A stretch of 64,000 nt of DNA from an uncultured Candidatus Actinomarina sp. (GTDB lineage Bacteria > Actinomycetota > Acidimicrobiia > Actinomarinales > Actinomarinaceae): contig CACOBL010000004.1 in assembly GCA_902625455.1 (NCBI GenBank), positions 14,064 to 78,063 of the forward strand, in the 5' to 3' direction. The notes beneath the pieces were generated by a model. The model saw only the letters and a list, made by a program, of their open reading frames with translations. It was not told the origin of the DNA and did not search any database. The position numbers and the translations under genes were made by a program. Below are positions 34,926-45,736 of the stretch, piece after piece (the stretch's first letter is position 1; every line of letters begins with the position of its first letter).

Positions 34926-36920
34926 TTAGCTAGAAACTTTAACTAATGAAGGATAACCTCCACCAGTTCCTGTTAATCCATCTAATACGTCAGTGAATGG
35001 GAATGATACGTTATTTCTATATACCTCAAGTGTAGGTACATTGAAGAGAACCAAATATGGCATTTCTTCAAATAATATAGCTTCCATTTGCTGAGAAAGA
35101 GCAATAGCTTCTGCTACAGTCTTAGCTTTATTAAATTCTCCGACAAGTGCATCGAACTCTGCGTTGTTAAAACCAGGTGTATTATATCCACCTTCGCAGG
35201 TATCGTTGTAAGAAGCAAAGAATGCTTCTGGATGATCAGGGAATGCACTTAAGCCCCAACCTAACATGTAGAAGTACCAGTCTTCACAATTTTCTGGTGT
35301 GAATACTTTATCTACAATAACGCTAAATCCAGTTGGTCTAGCTGTAACATCAAATCCAAGCTGTTGCATCCAATCAGCTATGAATAATGACATTGTTGAT
35401 CTTAATGGGTCATATCCAGCACCCGGTGCATATAATAACATGTCACCTGGAGGAGTTTCTCCATTAGGTCCTTTAACACCTGTAGGTGCGACAGCTCTGT
35501 CAGCACCACCTGGGTGTGAACCCCAATCACTAGCTGTCCATCCACCTGCTTGAAGAATTTCGACGGATTTACCCCATCTTTCTTCTGCAGAGAGTCCAGC
35601 ACAATCAGCTAGTACACCTGTTACTGGTGCTACCCATGCTGTCAAAGCCTCTGGCATTTGACCGTCCATGTTTACAGCAACACCTTGAAGTACGTTATTT
35701 AATACGAACTCTTTATCAGATATACAAGCAACCGCTTGTCTAAATGCTTTGTTACTACCAGGGAATACTCTTGTGTTGAATGCCATGTAACGCATACCGT
35801 TACCTAAGTTAGCAGTTGTTTCAACACCGGGTACTCTTGATAATTGGTCAAAAAGATTTCTCTTAACACCTAGTGGGTTAAGAACGAAATCAACTTCACC
35901 ATTCTGGAATGCTAAGTAAGCAGCATCTTGATCACCATAAAGAGTGAACTCTACAGTACCAACATATGGTCCTGAAGTATAAGTGAAAGAATCACCAGTA
36001 GTGTCACCAAAAGATTGGCTAATTGCTGGTGCTACACCGTTGTCCCATTCGACAACTGTACCACTCTTATATATAGTTGTGTCTCCACCAAACCACATTG
36101 TGTTTGAATCATAATTCCATGTGTAGAAAGCACCTTGTTCGACTTTGTCGTAAACAAAAGCACTTGCTACTGGTGCATCAGCTCCAGAAGCTGCAAGCAA
36201 ATCTTCTCTTGATGTAGCAAATTGTGACCAATAAGTTTCATTCAAGAAAGGACTTTGTGCAATTCTGTATTGCCATGCGGATAATCCAGCATCAAAGTTT
36301 AGTGTAATTTCAACTGTGTAATCATTGACTGCAACTAGGCTTGCAATACCAGCGACATAGTCATCAGCACTTGAATCAGTACCAACAGCTTTTCGATAGT
36401 ATGTTTCCCAGTTACTTAACAAACCGAGGTCGTTTACAGTATTGAATGTCCATACCATATCATTAGCAGTAATTGGATCACCATTACTCCATTCAAATCC
36501 TTCTACCATTGGAACAGTATAAGTATATGTTCCGTCACCATTGTCAACAGATGTCTCAACGAGTTCTGCTGCCATACTTGTAGTTAACTGATAGTTAGGA
36601 TAAGAAATGCCGAATAGTGAAACTGCTTGTCCAGACATTACATATTGTGTCCATACATCGGTTTCAGTATCAAGATAATTCCAGTAGTTTTGTGTTTGTG
36701 GATCTGAGAATATCGCCATCTTATAAACACCATCAGGTCCTGATGGAGCTGCTTCTTCAGCTGGTGCTGCAGTAGTTGCTGGTGCTGCAGTAGTTTCAGT
36801 TGCTTCTTCTTCAACAACTTCTTCTTCTGCTGTATCGCCACCACATGCGACTACTACTAATGCAAAAACTGAGAAAAGTAATATAAGACGCCAAGACTTG
36901 GATCCCTTGAAATTACTCAA
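34926..36920 (-). CDS. ABC transporter substrate-binding lipoprotein (family 5, peptide/oligopeptide-type)
   Basis: Preferred start TTG 36920 with AGGAGA RBS gives MSNFKGSKSWRLILLFSVFALVVVACGG, a lipobox. This is followed by an acidic/Ala-Thr-rich linker (EEEVVEEEATETTAAPATTAAPAEEAAP) and then the SBP_bac_5-like body. The ORF-track ATG 36953 lies inside the upstream palindrome. Confidence 0.8.
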   Translation of the reverse strand: MSNFKGSKSWRLILLFSVFALVVVACGGDTAEEEVVEEEATETTAAPATTAAPAEEAAPSGPDGVYKMAIFSDPQTQNYWNYLDTETDVWTQYVMSGQAVSLFGISYPNYQLTTSMAAELVETSVDNGDGTYTYTVPMVEGFEWSNGDPITANDMVWTFNTVNDLGLLSNWETYYRKAVGTDSSADDYVAGIASLVAVNDYTVEITLNFDAGLSAWQYRIAQSPFLNETYWSQFATSREDLLAASGADAPVASAFVYDKVEQGAFYTWNYDSNTMWFGGDTTIYKSGTVVEWDNGVAPAISQSFGDTTGDSFTYTSGPYVGTVEFTLYGDQDAAYLAFQNGEVDFVLNPLGVKRNLFDQLSRVPGVETTANLGNGMRYMAFNTRVFPGSNKAFRQAVACISDKEFVLNNVLQGVAVNMDGQMPEALTAWVAPVTGVLADCAGLSAEERWGKSVEILQAGGWTASDWGSHPGGADRAVAPTGVKGPNGETPPGDMLLYAPGAGYDPLRSTMSLFIADWMQQLGFDVTARPTGFSVIVDKVFTPENCEDWYFYMLGWGLSAFPDHPEAFFASYNDTCEGGYNTPGFNNAEFDALVGEFNKAKTVAEAIALSQQMEAILFEEMPYLVLFNVPTLEVYRNNVSFPFTDVLDGLTGTGGGYPSLVKVSS

Positions 36921-36945
36921 TTTCTCTCCTTTTTGTATACAAAAA

Positions 36946-36965
36946 ATCCACATATAAATGTGGAT
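36946..36965 (-). promoter_or_regulatory. Palindromic element in the 5' leader of the ABC-transporter operon
   Basis: ATCCACAT-ataa-ATGTGGAT has perfect 8-bp arms and lies 26-45 nt upstream of the TTG start of the SBP gene. It may be an operator site or a leader hairpin. Confidence 0.35.
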
Positions 36966-37126
36966 GTATTAATCATAGAAAAATTTCGGTTATATTCAAT
37001 TCTTATTTATTTTTTTTATAAATTGATTTGATATTTTATTTTTAGCTAATTAGTCGAAAAATTAACTGATAAAACCTAATAATTAAGTAAAAACCAGCCA
37101 AAAATATAACAAACTTGAAGCCAAAA

Positions 37127-38428
37127 CTATGCATTAATTTTAATCCTGAATGCTATTTCTTTCATATTAAATTTTTCTCTTATGTTGTTTTCAATAAAAG
37201 ATAAATAATTTTTTGGAATTCTTGAACTTAAAGAGAATCCAAATTCTGGAGGTTTTGTTGAAAATTGTGTAACAAATTTTAATTTCGCTTTTTTACCACG
37301 AAATGGATGTGGAGGTGACTTAACCCATAAATCACGGAAGAAACTATTTAATTCTGAAGTCGAAATTCTTAAGTTAAGTTGTTTTTCTATATTATCTATA
37401 TATTTTGAAATTAAATTTATATTTTTTGTATTTAAAGCAGATATCCTAATTACATTAATCCATCGATATTGTTTTAAATCTCTTTTTATTGAATTGTTAA
37501 TATTGTCTTTTTGTTCTTGATCTAAAAGATCCCATTTATTGAGTATCAATAACGGTGTAACAAAATTTTCTATCGAACTTTTTAAAATTCTTTTGTCTTC
37601 AAAAGATAATCCAATTTCAGAATCAACAACAATTAGAGCTATATCTGTATTTTCAAGAGATTTTATTGCTATCTCAGATGAATACCTATCAATCTGTTCC
37701 TTTTGTTTTTTACGAGGTATACCAGCAGTGTCAGTTATTAAATATTTTCGTTCATTTGCAACTAAATTTTCTTCTATTTTATCTCTAGTTGTTCCTGGAG
37801 TACTAGAAACTGTAGACCTTTCTTTATTTAGTAGAGCATTAAACAAAGTTGATTTCCCTGCATTGGGTCTACCAATAATTGTTAACGAGGTTATCTGGTT
37901 ATCATTTTGATCAGATTGTATAGCTAACTTTTTTAAATATTCATGTATTTGCTCCAGACCTAATTTGTGATAACCCGATACAAAAAAGTATTCATTATAT
38001 ATATATTTGTAAAAACGTTTATCGAGAGAGTTTTCATTAAAATTTTCACACTTGTTAAAAATCGTAATAACATCTTCCGAAAGGTTCTTTTTGTTAATGA
38101 TATTAAAAATTGAATCTAGCGCAGAGAAATCTTTTGTGTGTACATCAATTATAAAAAATATCTTGTTGGCATCTTTTATAAATTTATCAATATTGTTTTG
38201 ATAATTAATGTTGAACTCATCTGGTGTTTCCAGGAATCCAGGTAGATCAGAAAGTAAAATAACTTTATTATTTTCATAATTTATAGTTTTCGATATTTTA
38301 TCCCTTGTAGTGTTAGGTTTTGAGGCAATTATTGATGTTTTATGTCGAGTTAACGCGTTAATAAGTGTTGATTTTCCTGAATTTGGCAAACCTAACAACA
38401 AAATTTCTGGATTTTTCTTTTTAATCAT
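37127..38428 (-). CDS. der: Ribosome-biogenesis GTPase Der (EngA)
   Basis: Two tandem GTPase domains (GLPNSGKSTL ... GRPNAGKSTLFNAL) plus a KH-like C-terminal domain. Confidence 0.9.
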   Translation of the reverse strand: MIKKKNPEILLLGLPNSGKSTLINALTRHKTSIIASKPNTTRDKISKTINYENNKVILLSDLPGFLETPDEFNINYQNNIDKFIKDANKIFFIIDVHTKDFSALDSIFNIINKKNLSEDVITIFNKCENFNENSLDKRFYKYIYNEYFFVSGYHKLGLEQIHEYLKKLAIQSDQNDNQITSLTIIGRPNAGKSTLFNALLNKERSTVSSTPGTTRDKIEENLVANERKYLITDTAGIPRKKQKEQIDRYSSEIAIKSLENTDIALIVVDSEIGLSFEDKRILKSSIENFVTPLLILNKWDLLDQEQKDNINNSIKRDLKQYRWINVIRISALNTKNINLISKYIDNIEKQLNLRISTSELNSFFRDLWVKSPPHPFRGKKAKLKFVTQFSTKPPEFGFSLSSRIPKNYLSFIENNIREKFNMKEIAFRIKINA

Positions 38429-38455
38429 AATCTATAATATAGCTATTCTAATTAC

Positions 38456-39484
38456 ATGGTTGATAAACTTTACTTGGTTAACCCACGAGGATTTTGCGCT
38501 GGTGTTGAGATGGCTATTAAAGCTTTATCTTGGATGTTAAAAATTTATGACGAGACAATATACTGTTATCATGAAATAGTTCATAATAAATGGATTGTCA
38601 GCAAGTTTGAAGATCATAATGTGGTATTTTTTGATGATCCGACTGAAATACCTGAAAATTCTGTAGTAATGTTATCGGCCCATGGAACGGCACCGGATGT
38701 TGAGAACAAATTTAACTCTATATCTTCACTGACAATCAATTCTGTATGTCCATTGGTAACAAAAGTTCATCATGAAGCTAAAAAATACACAACTAATGGT
38801 GCTGAGGTTATATATGTTGGACATAAAGGTCACGATGAAGCTTTAGGTGCATTAGGTGTTTCACCAGATAAGATGCATCTTGTAGAAAATATAGAAGATG
38901 TAGATAAACTTGAAATTGAAGGTGATGCAGCACTTTTAGCTCAAACTACTTTATCTCTCTCAGAATGGGAACCTATCATGAACTATTCGCAAGATAAATA
39001 TGAAAATTTATTAATGCCTAGAAAAAGTGATTTATGTTACGCAACTACTAATAGACAAAGTGCTATTGTTGAAATTTTGGATGAAGTAGATGCGGTCGTT
39101 GTTGTTGGATCCGATAATTCAAGCAATACAAAAGCTCTAGTAAATATGGTAAAAAATAAGGGTTGCGAAGCACATCGCATAGATAATGTAAATGAATTAA
39201 AAAATTTAAATTTACCAAAAAATATTGCAGTTACTGCCGGGGCATCAGCGCCTGATCATTTGGTATTTCAGATTATAGAATCTTTAAACCCAAAAAAATT
39301 AATAGAGTTTAAACATAAAGATGAAGAAAAATATTTCCCATTACCTAAAGAATTAAGAAATAATGTAAGTACAATATCTGATTTTTTGATAAATCTTTGT
39401 GATTCAGAAAATAAACCTGAGATTAAGCAGGGTATCAAAAATGATAAAGATTGGTCAGCTACTGAAGCTTTAAGTTCTTTGTAA
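38456..39484 (+). CDS. ispH: 4-hydroxy-3-methylbut-2-enyl diphosphate reductase
   Basis: LytB motifs (NPRGFCAGVEMAI; SAHGTAPDV; conserved Cys triad). Confidence 0.9.
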   Translation: MVDKLYLVNPRGFCAGVEMAIKALSWMLKIYDETIYCYHEIVHNKWIVSKFEDHNVVFFDDPTEIPENSVVMLSAHGTAPDVENKFNSISSLTINSVCPLVTKVHHEAKKYTTNGAEVIYVGHKGHDEALGALGVSPDKMHLVENIEDVDKLEIEGDAALLAQTTLSLSEWEPIMNYSQDKYENLLMPRKSDLCYATTNRQSAIVEILDEVDAVVVVGSDNSSNTKALVNMVKNKGCEAHRIDNVNELKNLNLPKNIAVTAGASAPDHLVFQIIESLNPKKLIEFKHKDEEKYFPLPKELRNNVSTISDFLINLCDSENKPEIKQGIKNDKDWSATEALSSL

Positions 39485-40076
39485 CGATATCTATCAATTG
39501 CTCAATTGTTTTATCATTATTATTAATCACAATTGCACCTTCAGGCACAACTAGAGGTGAATTTTTCCTGGATAAATCTCTTTTGTCTCTTTCAGAAATA
39601 TCATCTACAGTTTCCAAGTTTTTAGATTGTTCAATTCTTCTTGCACTTCTAATATCCTCATCTGCATCTAAATAAATCTTTAAAGTCGCATCTGGAAATA
39701 CAACACTGCCCATATCTCTTCCTTCTACAACTAATCCTTTATCAGCAGATGATTGAACAAATTTTAATACATTATCAACTATCGCTCTTATTTCAATTTG
39801 TTGTGCAAGCTCAGAACTTTTTGTATTTAGTTCTTTTGTATACAAATCATGCTCGTGATAAATATTTTCGTCAATTTTGATTTTTAAAGGTTCGAAAGAT
39901 ATTATTTCAAAATTATCAAATCCTAAGTCATTTGTATCCAAAAAATATTTAGCTATCACTCTATATATAGATCCAGATGAAAAAAATGTAATACCTAATC
40001 TGTCTGATATTGCTTTACCCAGAGTTGTTTTACCACTTCCCGAAGGACCATCGATTGTAATAATTAATTTATTCAT
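39459..40076 (-). CDS. cmk: Cytidylate kinase
   Basis: ITIDGPSGSGKTTLGKAIS...GSIYR. Confidence 0.9.
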   Translation of the reverse strand: MNKLIITIDGPSGSGKTTLGKAISDRLGITFFSSGSIYRVIAKYFLDTNDLGFDNFEIISFEPLKIKIDENIYHEHDLYTKELNTKSSELAQQIEIRAIVDNVLKFVQSSADKGLVVEGRDMGSVVFPDATLKIYLDADEDIRSARRIEQSKNLETVDDISERDKRDLSRKNSPLVVPEGAIVINNNDKTIEQLIDIVTKNLKLQ

Positions 40077-40725
40077 TTATATTAATTTTAACTAAATCCC
40101 CTGGTGACAAATCTTTTATAGAATATTTTCCAATTCTATTTCTTTTTAGAGAAACAATTTTTAAATTATTAAATCTAAATATCCTTCTTATTTCATGATT
40201 TTTACCAGTCATAAGTGTTACTTCGTATGTGTACTTATTTATTAATTTATAGTTATTAATTTTCAAAACTTCCCCATTATGATTTATGTTTTGTTTAAAT
40301 TTTTTCCCTTTTGGGAATGGATTTTTAATTTTAATTAAATATTTTTTAGAAATTTTATTTTTTGCATTGAATATACCATTTAACCAATCACCATCTGTAC
40401 TAAGAAGCATCAATCCTTCTGAATCTTTATCTAATCTTCCACCAAATTTTAGATAGGACTTCCCGATTAAATCAAAAATTATTGGTGCATCACCTTGTTT
40501 TTGGTGTGAACAAATATAACCCTTTGGTTTATAAAATTTGTAGTACTCATGTCTACCTCTTGATTTTATTACTTCCCCATCTACTTGAATAACATCTTCT
40601 TCTTCTACAATTGTTCCAACATTAACAATATGATTATTTACTTTTACTTGTCCTGCAGCTATTTTTTCATCTGCTTTTCTTCTCGAAATGAACAGATTTT
40701 GCGCCAAATATTTATTAAGTCTCAA
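40069..40725 (-). CDS. rluB: Pseudouridine synthase (RsuA/RluB family) with N-terminal S4 domain
   Basis: S4 domain (MRLNKYLAQNLFISRRKADEKIAAGQVKVN) and an RsuA-type catalytic domain (GRLDKDSEGLMLLSTDG). Synteny scpB-rluB-cmk. Confidence 0.8.
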   Translation of the reverse strand: MRLNKYLAQNLFISRRKADEKIAAGQVKVNNHIVNVGTIVEEEDVIQVDGEVIKSRGRHEYYKFYKPKGYICSHQKQGDAPIIFDLIGKSYLKFGGRLDKDSEGLMLLSTDGDWLNGIFNAKNKISKKYLIKIKNPFPKGKKFKQNINHNGEVLKINNYKLINKYTYEVTLMTGKNHEIRRIFRFNNLKIVSLKRNRIGKYSIKDLSPGDLVKININE

Positions 40726-40730
40726 ATATT

Positions 40731-41258
40731 TTATTCCTCTTCATGTACATCAGAAAAGTAATCTCCTAGTACTGGAAGTTCACTAATTGAATTAATATCT
40801 AATTTTTCAAGAAAAAGTTGTGTTGTAGAGTATTGATGGGGTGATCCTGGAACATCAAGTACACCAGATTTTTCAATCAGCCCCCTTGATTCTAATGTTT
40901 TTAAAGAAGATTCTGACTCTACTCCCCTAATCTCTGTAACTTTTAATTTTGTAACAGGTTGTTCATAAGCAACTATAGAAAGTGTTTCAAGTGCTGGTGT
41001 AGACAAACCTCTCAAAATTGATGGTGGTTTAAAATCAATTAACTCTTTTGTTACATCATCTATTGTTGAAAAATCTGAGTTTTTATCGTTATATTTAATT
41101 TTAAATCCAAAATCGGATTCAATTAAATTATTATTTATTTCAGAAAAATAAACGAAGAGCTCTTCTTTGGAAATGTCAAAATTATCGCAAAAATAAGAAT
41201 GTTCAACCGCACCATCACTTACTAATAATATTGAGGTAATTATTTTTTTATAGTTCAT
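40731..41258 (-). CDS. scpB: Segregation and condensation protein B
   Basis: Winged-helix repeats (LETLSIVAYEQPVTKLKVTEIRG...LESRGLIEKSG). Confidence 0.8.
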   Translation of the reverse strand: MNYKKIITSILLVSDGAVEHSYFCDNFDISKEELFVYFSEINNNLIESDFGFKIKYNDKNSDFSTIDDVTKELIDFKPPSILRGLSTPALETLSIVAYEQPVTKLKVTEIRGVESESSLKTLESRGLIEKSGVLDVPGSPHQYSTTQLFLEKLDINSISELPVLGDYFSDVHEEE

Positions 41259-41947
41259 TGTTTTTTAATGTTAATACTGTTTGATTCTTGTTCAGCTTTT
41301 ATAAATCCCCACCTTACCGCTTCTAAAAGTGCTAGAAAAAAAGCTACAGCTTCTTCTGTTGAATTCAATTTATCAATAAGTTCTTCGAAAGATGTATTAA
41401 TTCTAGAATCAACTTCATAAAGAAAGGTGTCTATTGCTTTCTGTAAGTCAGGTAAGTCTTTATCTATATGTTGGAAACCTTGTATAGTCTTATATCTTCT
41501 AAAAACTTCAACAGAAGTTTCAAAAAATTTATTACTATCAATTGAATATTCAATATCAGGTTTTGGAAATAGATTTCCGGTTTGGTAATACTTAAATGAA
41601 TTTAAAAACCTTTCATTTTTTTTTATACGTGAAGCCAATGCGATACCAATTTCTGAAAAGGCTTTAAATTGTAAAAGCCTAGCAAATGCCAAATCTTTAT
41701 CTTTCATTATCTGTACTTCGTCAATCCACTCAATTTCTTCATCTTGAGGAAGTAATCTTTTAGCTTTCATTTCAAAAAGTGATGAAGCAAGTAATATAAA
41801 ATCAGCAAAACTTTCTGTTTCACTATCTAAATTTTTTTGTTCTAATCCAGATATAAGTTCATGGAGATTTTCTTCAATCTGTGATTTATTATTTGAATAT
41901 TTTATAAGTAACGATTCTAAACTCTGAATTAAATAGTTTATTTCCAT
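41255..41947 (-). CDS. scpA: Segregation and condensation protein A
   Basis: 230 aa. Position immediately upstream of scpB with a 4-nt overlap. ScpA-like helical protein. Confidence 0.7.
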   Translation of the reverse strand: MEINYLIQSLESLLIKYSNNKSQIEENLHELISGLEQKNLDSETESFADFILLASSLFEMKAKRLLPQDEEIEWIDEVQIMKDKDLAFARLLQFKAFSEIGIALASRIKKNERFLNSFKYYQTGNLFPKPDIEYSIDSNKFFETSVEVFRRYKTIQGFQHIDKDLPDLQKAIDTFLYEVDSRINTSFEELIDKLNSTEEAVAFFLALLEAVRWGFIKAEQESNSINIKKQ

Positions 41948-42384
41948 TAAAAATCAGTTTTATCTAATATTTTATTTTTATTTGTGAGTAGATTATCAAA
42001 GTAATATATTGATACTTCATCATCATCTAATTCTTTTAATAATTCATATCCGATATCTTCGTGGTTTTTGTAATTCTCAGATTTTCTAGATTTATATATT
42101 CCTAAATCAGTAAAGATTCTAAATATCCATGAATATTCTGAAATAGATTTTCCAATATCATGAAGAAGGGCAAGCTTTAATATATTCTTATTGTCAGTAT
42201 ATTTCATGGTTCTATGTAGAACTTCAATTGAATGATGTCTATCTGCTTTATTTAATTTCCAGAATAATATTTCTAAATTCGAATTTTCTAAAGTTTTTGA
42301 AACTAATAGCTGGTCCACAACTGAAATATCTCTATAGAATAAAAATCTAACAGCTCTTCTAGCTTTTATAAACATGTCTTTCAT
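41947..42384 (-). CDS. Small HD-domain phosphohydrolase
   Basis: H...HD motif (RHHSIEVLH...LALLHDIGKS). 145 aa. Confidence 0.5.
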   Translation of the reverse strand: MKDMFIKARRAVRFLFYRDISVVDQLLVSKTLENSNLEILFWKLNKADRHHSIEVLHRTMKYTDNKNILKLALLHDIGKSISEYSWIFRIFTDLGIYKSRKSENYKNHEDIGYELLKELDDDEVSIYYFDNLLTNKNKILDKTDF

Positions 42385-43262
42385 GATCTAGGATGGCTTT
42401 CTATAAATGCTTCTTCTAAAAATGCTTTAGTAACTTTAGTATATATCTGTGTAGTTGAAACAGAACTATGTCCAAGAAATTCTTGAACCGTTCTTAAATC
42501 ACATCCACCCTCAAGCATATGAGTTGCTGCTGAATGTCGTAATATATGTGGGTAAATACTTGTATTAATTCCTACTTTCAATCCAGTTGATTTAATTATT
42601 CTAAAAACTGCCGTCCTATCTAATTTTTTATATGATTTTGAGATAAACAAGTTATTATTTTTAATATTTTTAAATTGATTTCTTAATTCAAGATATTTTT
42701 CAAGATTGAATATTATTTTAGAACCCAAAGGAACAATTCTTTGTTTTGATCCTTTTCCTTCAAGCCTTACAAATGCATCGTCAATATCAATATCTGATTC
42801 CTCAACATTGATAAGCTCAGATACCCTGCAACCTGTTGAGTACATAAAATCAATTATTGTCTTATTCCTCGAAGAAATAAATAAATTATGATCATAAAAA
42901 TCTATCAGTTGTTCAATTTCATATGGTGAGAGAATATTTGGCAATTTTTGCTCAGACCTTATGGAGATATTGTTGATTTCAATATTGCTTATAAAATTTT
43001 CTTCTATTAAAAATTTTAAAAATTGATTAACTGATGATTGTATTCTTTTTTTTGTTGACCCAGAATATTTTTTGTTCTCAGCACTCTTCAGATATTTAGT
43101 TGTAATAAAATTGTCAATATTGAAGTACACATCATTATTAGATACTTTATTTATATCACTAATGTACGCATTAATTGTATTCTCAGACAATCCTTTTTCA
43201 TAAATTAAAAAGTCTCTATAAGAATCAATTAATAAACTAATCTCTAACTTTTGCTTCATCAT
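42381..43262 (-). CDS. xerD: Tyrosine recombinase XerD
   Basis: C-terminal catalytic box (HILRHSAATHMLEGGCDLRTVQEFLGHSSVSTTQIYT). Chromosomal context pyrG-xerD-scpAB. Confidence 0.85.
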   Translation of the reverse strand: MMKQKLEISLLIDSYRDFLIYEKGLSENTINAYISDINKVSNNDVYFNIDNFITTKYLKSAENKKYSGSTKKRIQSSVNQFLKFLIEENFISNIEINNISIRSEQKLPNILSPYEIEQLIDFYDHNLFISSRNKTIIDFMYSTGCRVSELINVEESDIDIDDAFVRLEGKGSKQRIVPLGSKIIFNLEKYLELRNQFKNIKNNNLFISKSYKKLDRTAVFRIIKSTGLKVGINTSIYPHILRHSAATHMLEGGCDLRTVQEFLGHSSVSTTQIYTKVTKAFLEEAFIESHPRS

Positions 43263-44862
43263 CTATTGTTTTTTGCGTTACTTCAATTTTCTTTGACGCT
43301 TCAATAAATGAATTAAACATAGGTGCTGGTTCCCATGGTCTAGATTTAAATTCAGGATGAAATTGTGAAGCAACAAAATAAGGATGGTCTTTTATTTCAA
43401 TCATCTCCACTAAATCTTCATCAGGAGATACACCACTAAATATTAGGCCATTTTCTTCTAGCTGATTTCTAAACCTATTATTTACTTCATATCTATGTCT
43501 ATGTCTTTCATAAACTATTTCATTATTGTATATAGAAGAAGCCAAAGTATCTTTTTTTATCTTACAGGGATATGTGCCCAATCTCATTGAAGCACCTACA
43601 TCATCTTTTTCAAGATTCTGATTTGGAAGAATATCAATAACTGAATTGTTTGATGTTTGAGAAAATTCACTAGAATTTGCATCACTTATTCCACAGACAT
43701 TACGAGCAAATTCAATTACAGCGCATTGAAGACCTAAGCATATTCCTAAAAACGGTATCTTATTTATTCTCAAATACTCAACGGCAGTAATTTTCCCTTC
43801 AATACCCCTGTAACCAAACCCTCCTGGAATTACAACACCGTGAAGTTGTGATAATTCCTCTACTTCAAAATTGTCAGCATCTATCCAATGTAAATTTAAG
43901 TTCACCTTATTTTGCAAGCAAGCATGTTTTAATGATTCAACAACTGACATATAACTATCAGGTAAGCCAAAATATTTTCCTAAAATAGCTATTTCAACAT
44001 TCTGATTTACACCATCTTTAAGAGACATCATTGAACGCCAACTATCAAGATTAGGTTTATTTGAATTTAAAGAAAGTCTCTTGTCAACAGCGCTATCCAA
44101 ACCCTCCTCAAGCATTTTTAATGGAACGTCATATATATCTGGCAAATCAGGGGCATTTATAACATTATCTGACTCTACATCACAAAAAAGTGAGACTTTA
44201 CTTTTTATTTCATCAGTTAAGTTTCTATCGGATCTTAAAACAATCAAGTCAGGACTTATACCATAACTTCTCAGCATAGAGACAGAGTGTTGTGTAGGTT
44301 TGGTCTTTAACTCAGTACTAGGTCCAATAAACGGAACTAAAGTGACATGAACAAACATGACATTTTCAGAGCCAAATTCTTTACGTATTTGTCTTGCAGC
44401 CTCTAAAAAAGGTAAAATTTCAATATCACCGACAGTTCCACCAATTTCAGTAATTTGAACGTCTACTTCATTTGATATTCCTTTAATTCTTCTTTTAATT
44501 TCATCTGTAATATGAGGAATTACTTGTACAGTTGCTCCAAGATAATCACCTTTTCTTTCACGCTCAATAACTTTTCTATAAATACTTCCGGTAGTGACAT
44601 TTGCATCCTTTCTTAAATTTACTCCTGTAAATCTCTCATAGTGTCCGAGGTCTAAATCTGTTGTTGCACCATCTTCCGTAACAAAAACTTCACCATGTTG
44701 AAAAGGATTCATAGTATCAGGATCTACATTTATATATGGATCAAGCTTTTGATTAACTACTGTCAGACCGCGTGATTTGAGCAAGTTTCCTAGAGATGCA
44801 GAAGTAATCCCTTTACCAAGACCAGAGACTACACCGCCAGTGACAAATATGTATTTGGTCAC
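43237..44862 (-). CDS. pyrG: CTP synthase
   Basis: N-terminal synthetase domain ([16 protein letters not shown]) and C-terminal GATase with the GICLGLQ motif. Confidence 0.95.
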   Translation of the reverse strand: MTKYIFVTGGVVSGLGKGITSASLGNLLKSRGLTVVNQKLDPYINVDPDTMNPFQHGEVFVTEDGATTDLDLGHYERFTGVNLRKDANVTTGSIYRKVIERERKGDYLGATVQVIPHITDEIKRRIKGISNEVDVQITEIGGTVGDIEILPFLEAARQIRKEFGSENVMFVHVTLVPFIGPSTELKTKPTQHSVSMLRSYGISPDLIVLRSDRNLTDEIKSKVSLFCDVESDNVINAPDLPDIYDVPLKMLEEGLDSAVDKRLSLNSNKPNLDSWRSMMSLKDGVNQNVEIAILGKYFGLPDSYMSVVESLKHACLQNKVNLNLHWIDADNFEVEELSQLHGVVIPGGFGYRGIEGKITAVEYLRINKIPFLGICLGLQCAVIEFARNVCGISDANSSEFSQTSNNSVIDILPNQNLEKDDVGASMRLGTYPCKIKKDTLASSIYNNEIVYERHRHRYEVNNRFRNQLEENGLIFSGVSPDEDLVEMIEIKDHPYFVASQFHPEFKSRPWEPAPMFNSFIEASKKIEVTQKTIDDEAKVRD

Positions 44863-44899
44863 GTGAAAATAATAACACGTTTATTTTTAAATTAAAGAA

Positions 44900-45700
44900 C
44901 TATCTAAGTATTTGATTTAAAAATAAATCCAATTTGGGAATATCAAGTTCTGCTAAAACTTCAAGATTTCGAGAAGATAATTTATAATTGTATGTTTCAT
45001 CAGTCTTAGTATCACTTAAATATTCCTCTACCCCATCAAACTGAATTGAATAATGTTGTTCTTTAGGAATCTTAATATTTAATTCAGAACCATTATCAAC
45101 AACTATAGATCTAGGAAATTTAGTAAATGGAGATATTGGTGTAATAATCATTGTTTCCAGACTTGTTTGAACAATAGGGCCACCAGCTGAATAATTATAG
45201 GCTGTAGAACCAAGTGAAGTTGAAATAATTATTCCATCAGCTCTCAATTTTACATTTTGATTATAAACATCTAGTTCAATATCTAATATTCGTGTTGGAG
45301 AATTTTTAATTATTACAATTTCATTAAAAGCAGGAAGGTTTTCATCTCCATTTTGAATTACTGGAGTACGTTTTTTAATATTATCAGGTTTTTTATCAGC
45401 CAAGAACTTTGGGAAGTCAATTTCATTTAGTGAGTTAACTAGATATCCAATTCTTCCTGAGCCAATATTTAGAACTGGTAAATGAGAAAGCCAAGCAATT
45501 TTCATTGCCCTTAATGCAGTTCCGTCACCTCCAACACTTATAAGTAAATTACTTTGTTCTAATTTTGAATTTTTTTTATCTCTTTCGTCAATATTCACAA
45601 CATCATATTCAGTATCATTAGATTTCAATATTTCAATAAGAGTCTCGTAATGTTTTGATTTCAAATATTTTTTTGAAGTCACAATTGAAATTTTTTTCAT
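44900..45700 (-). CDS. nadK: NAD kinase
   Basis: GGDGT motif (VGGDGTALRA) and the NIGSGRIGYL motif. Confidence 0.85.
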   Translation of the reverse strand: MKKISIVTSKKYLKSKHYETLIEILKSNDTEYDVVNIDERDKKNSKLEQSNLLISVGGDGTALRAMKIAWLSHLPVLNIGSGRIGYLVNSLNEIDFPKFLADKKPDNIKKRTPVIQNGDENLPAFNEIVIIKNSPTRILDIELDVYNQNVKLRADGIIISTSLGSTAYNYSAGGPIVQTSLETMIITPISPFTKFPRSIVVDNGSELNIKIPKEQHYSIQFDGVEEYLSDTKTDETYNYKLSSRNLEVLAELDIPKLDLFLNQILR

Positions 45701-45736
45701 ATATTTATATTACACGTTACTTATAATGTTCATAAA

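Noticed and set aside
38429-38455. 27-nt gap between divergent der and ispH as a shared bidirectional promoter
   Set aside because: It is too short to hold two promoters with confidence. Promoters probably extend into the coding sequence or the starts differ slightly. No clear -10/-35 pairs were seen.
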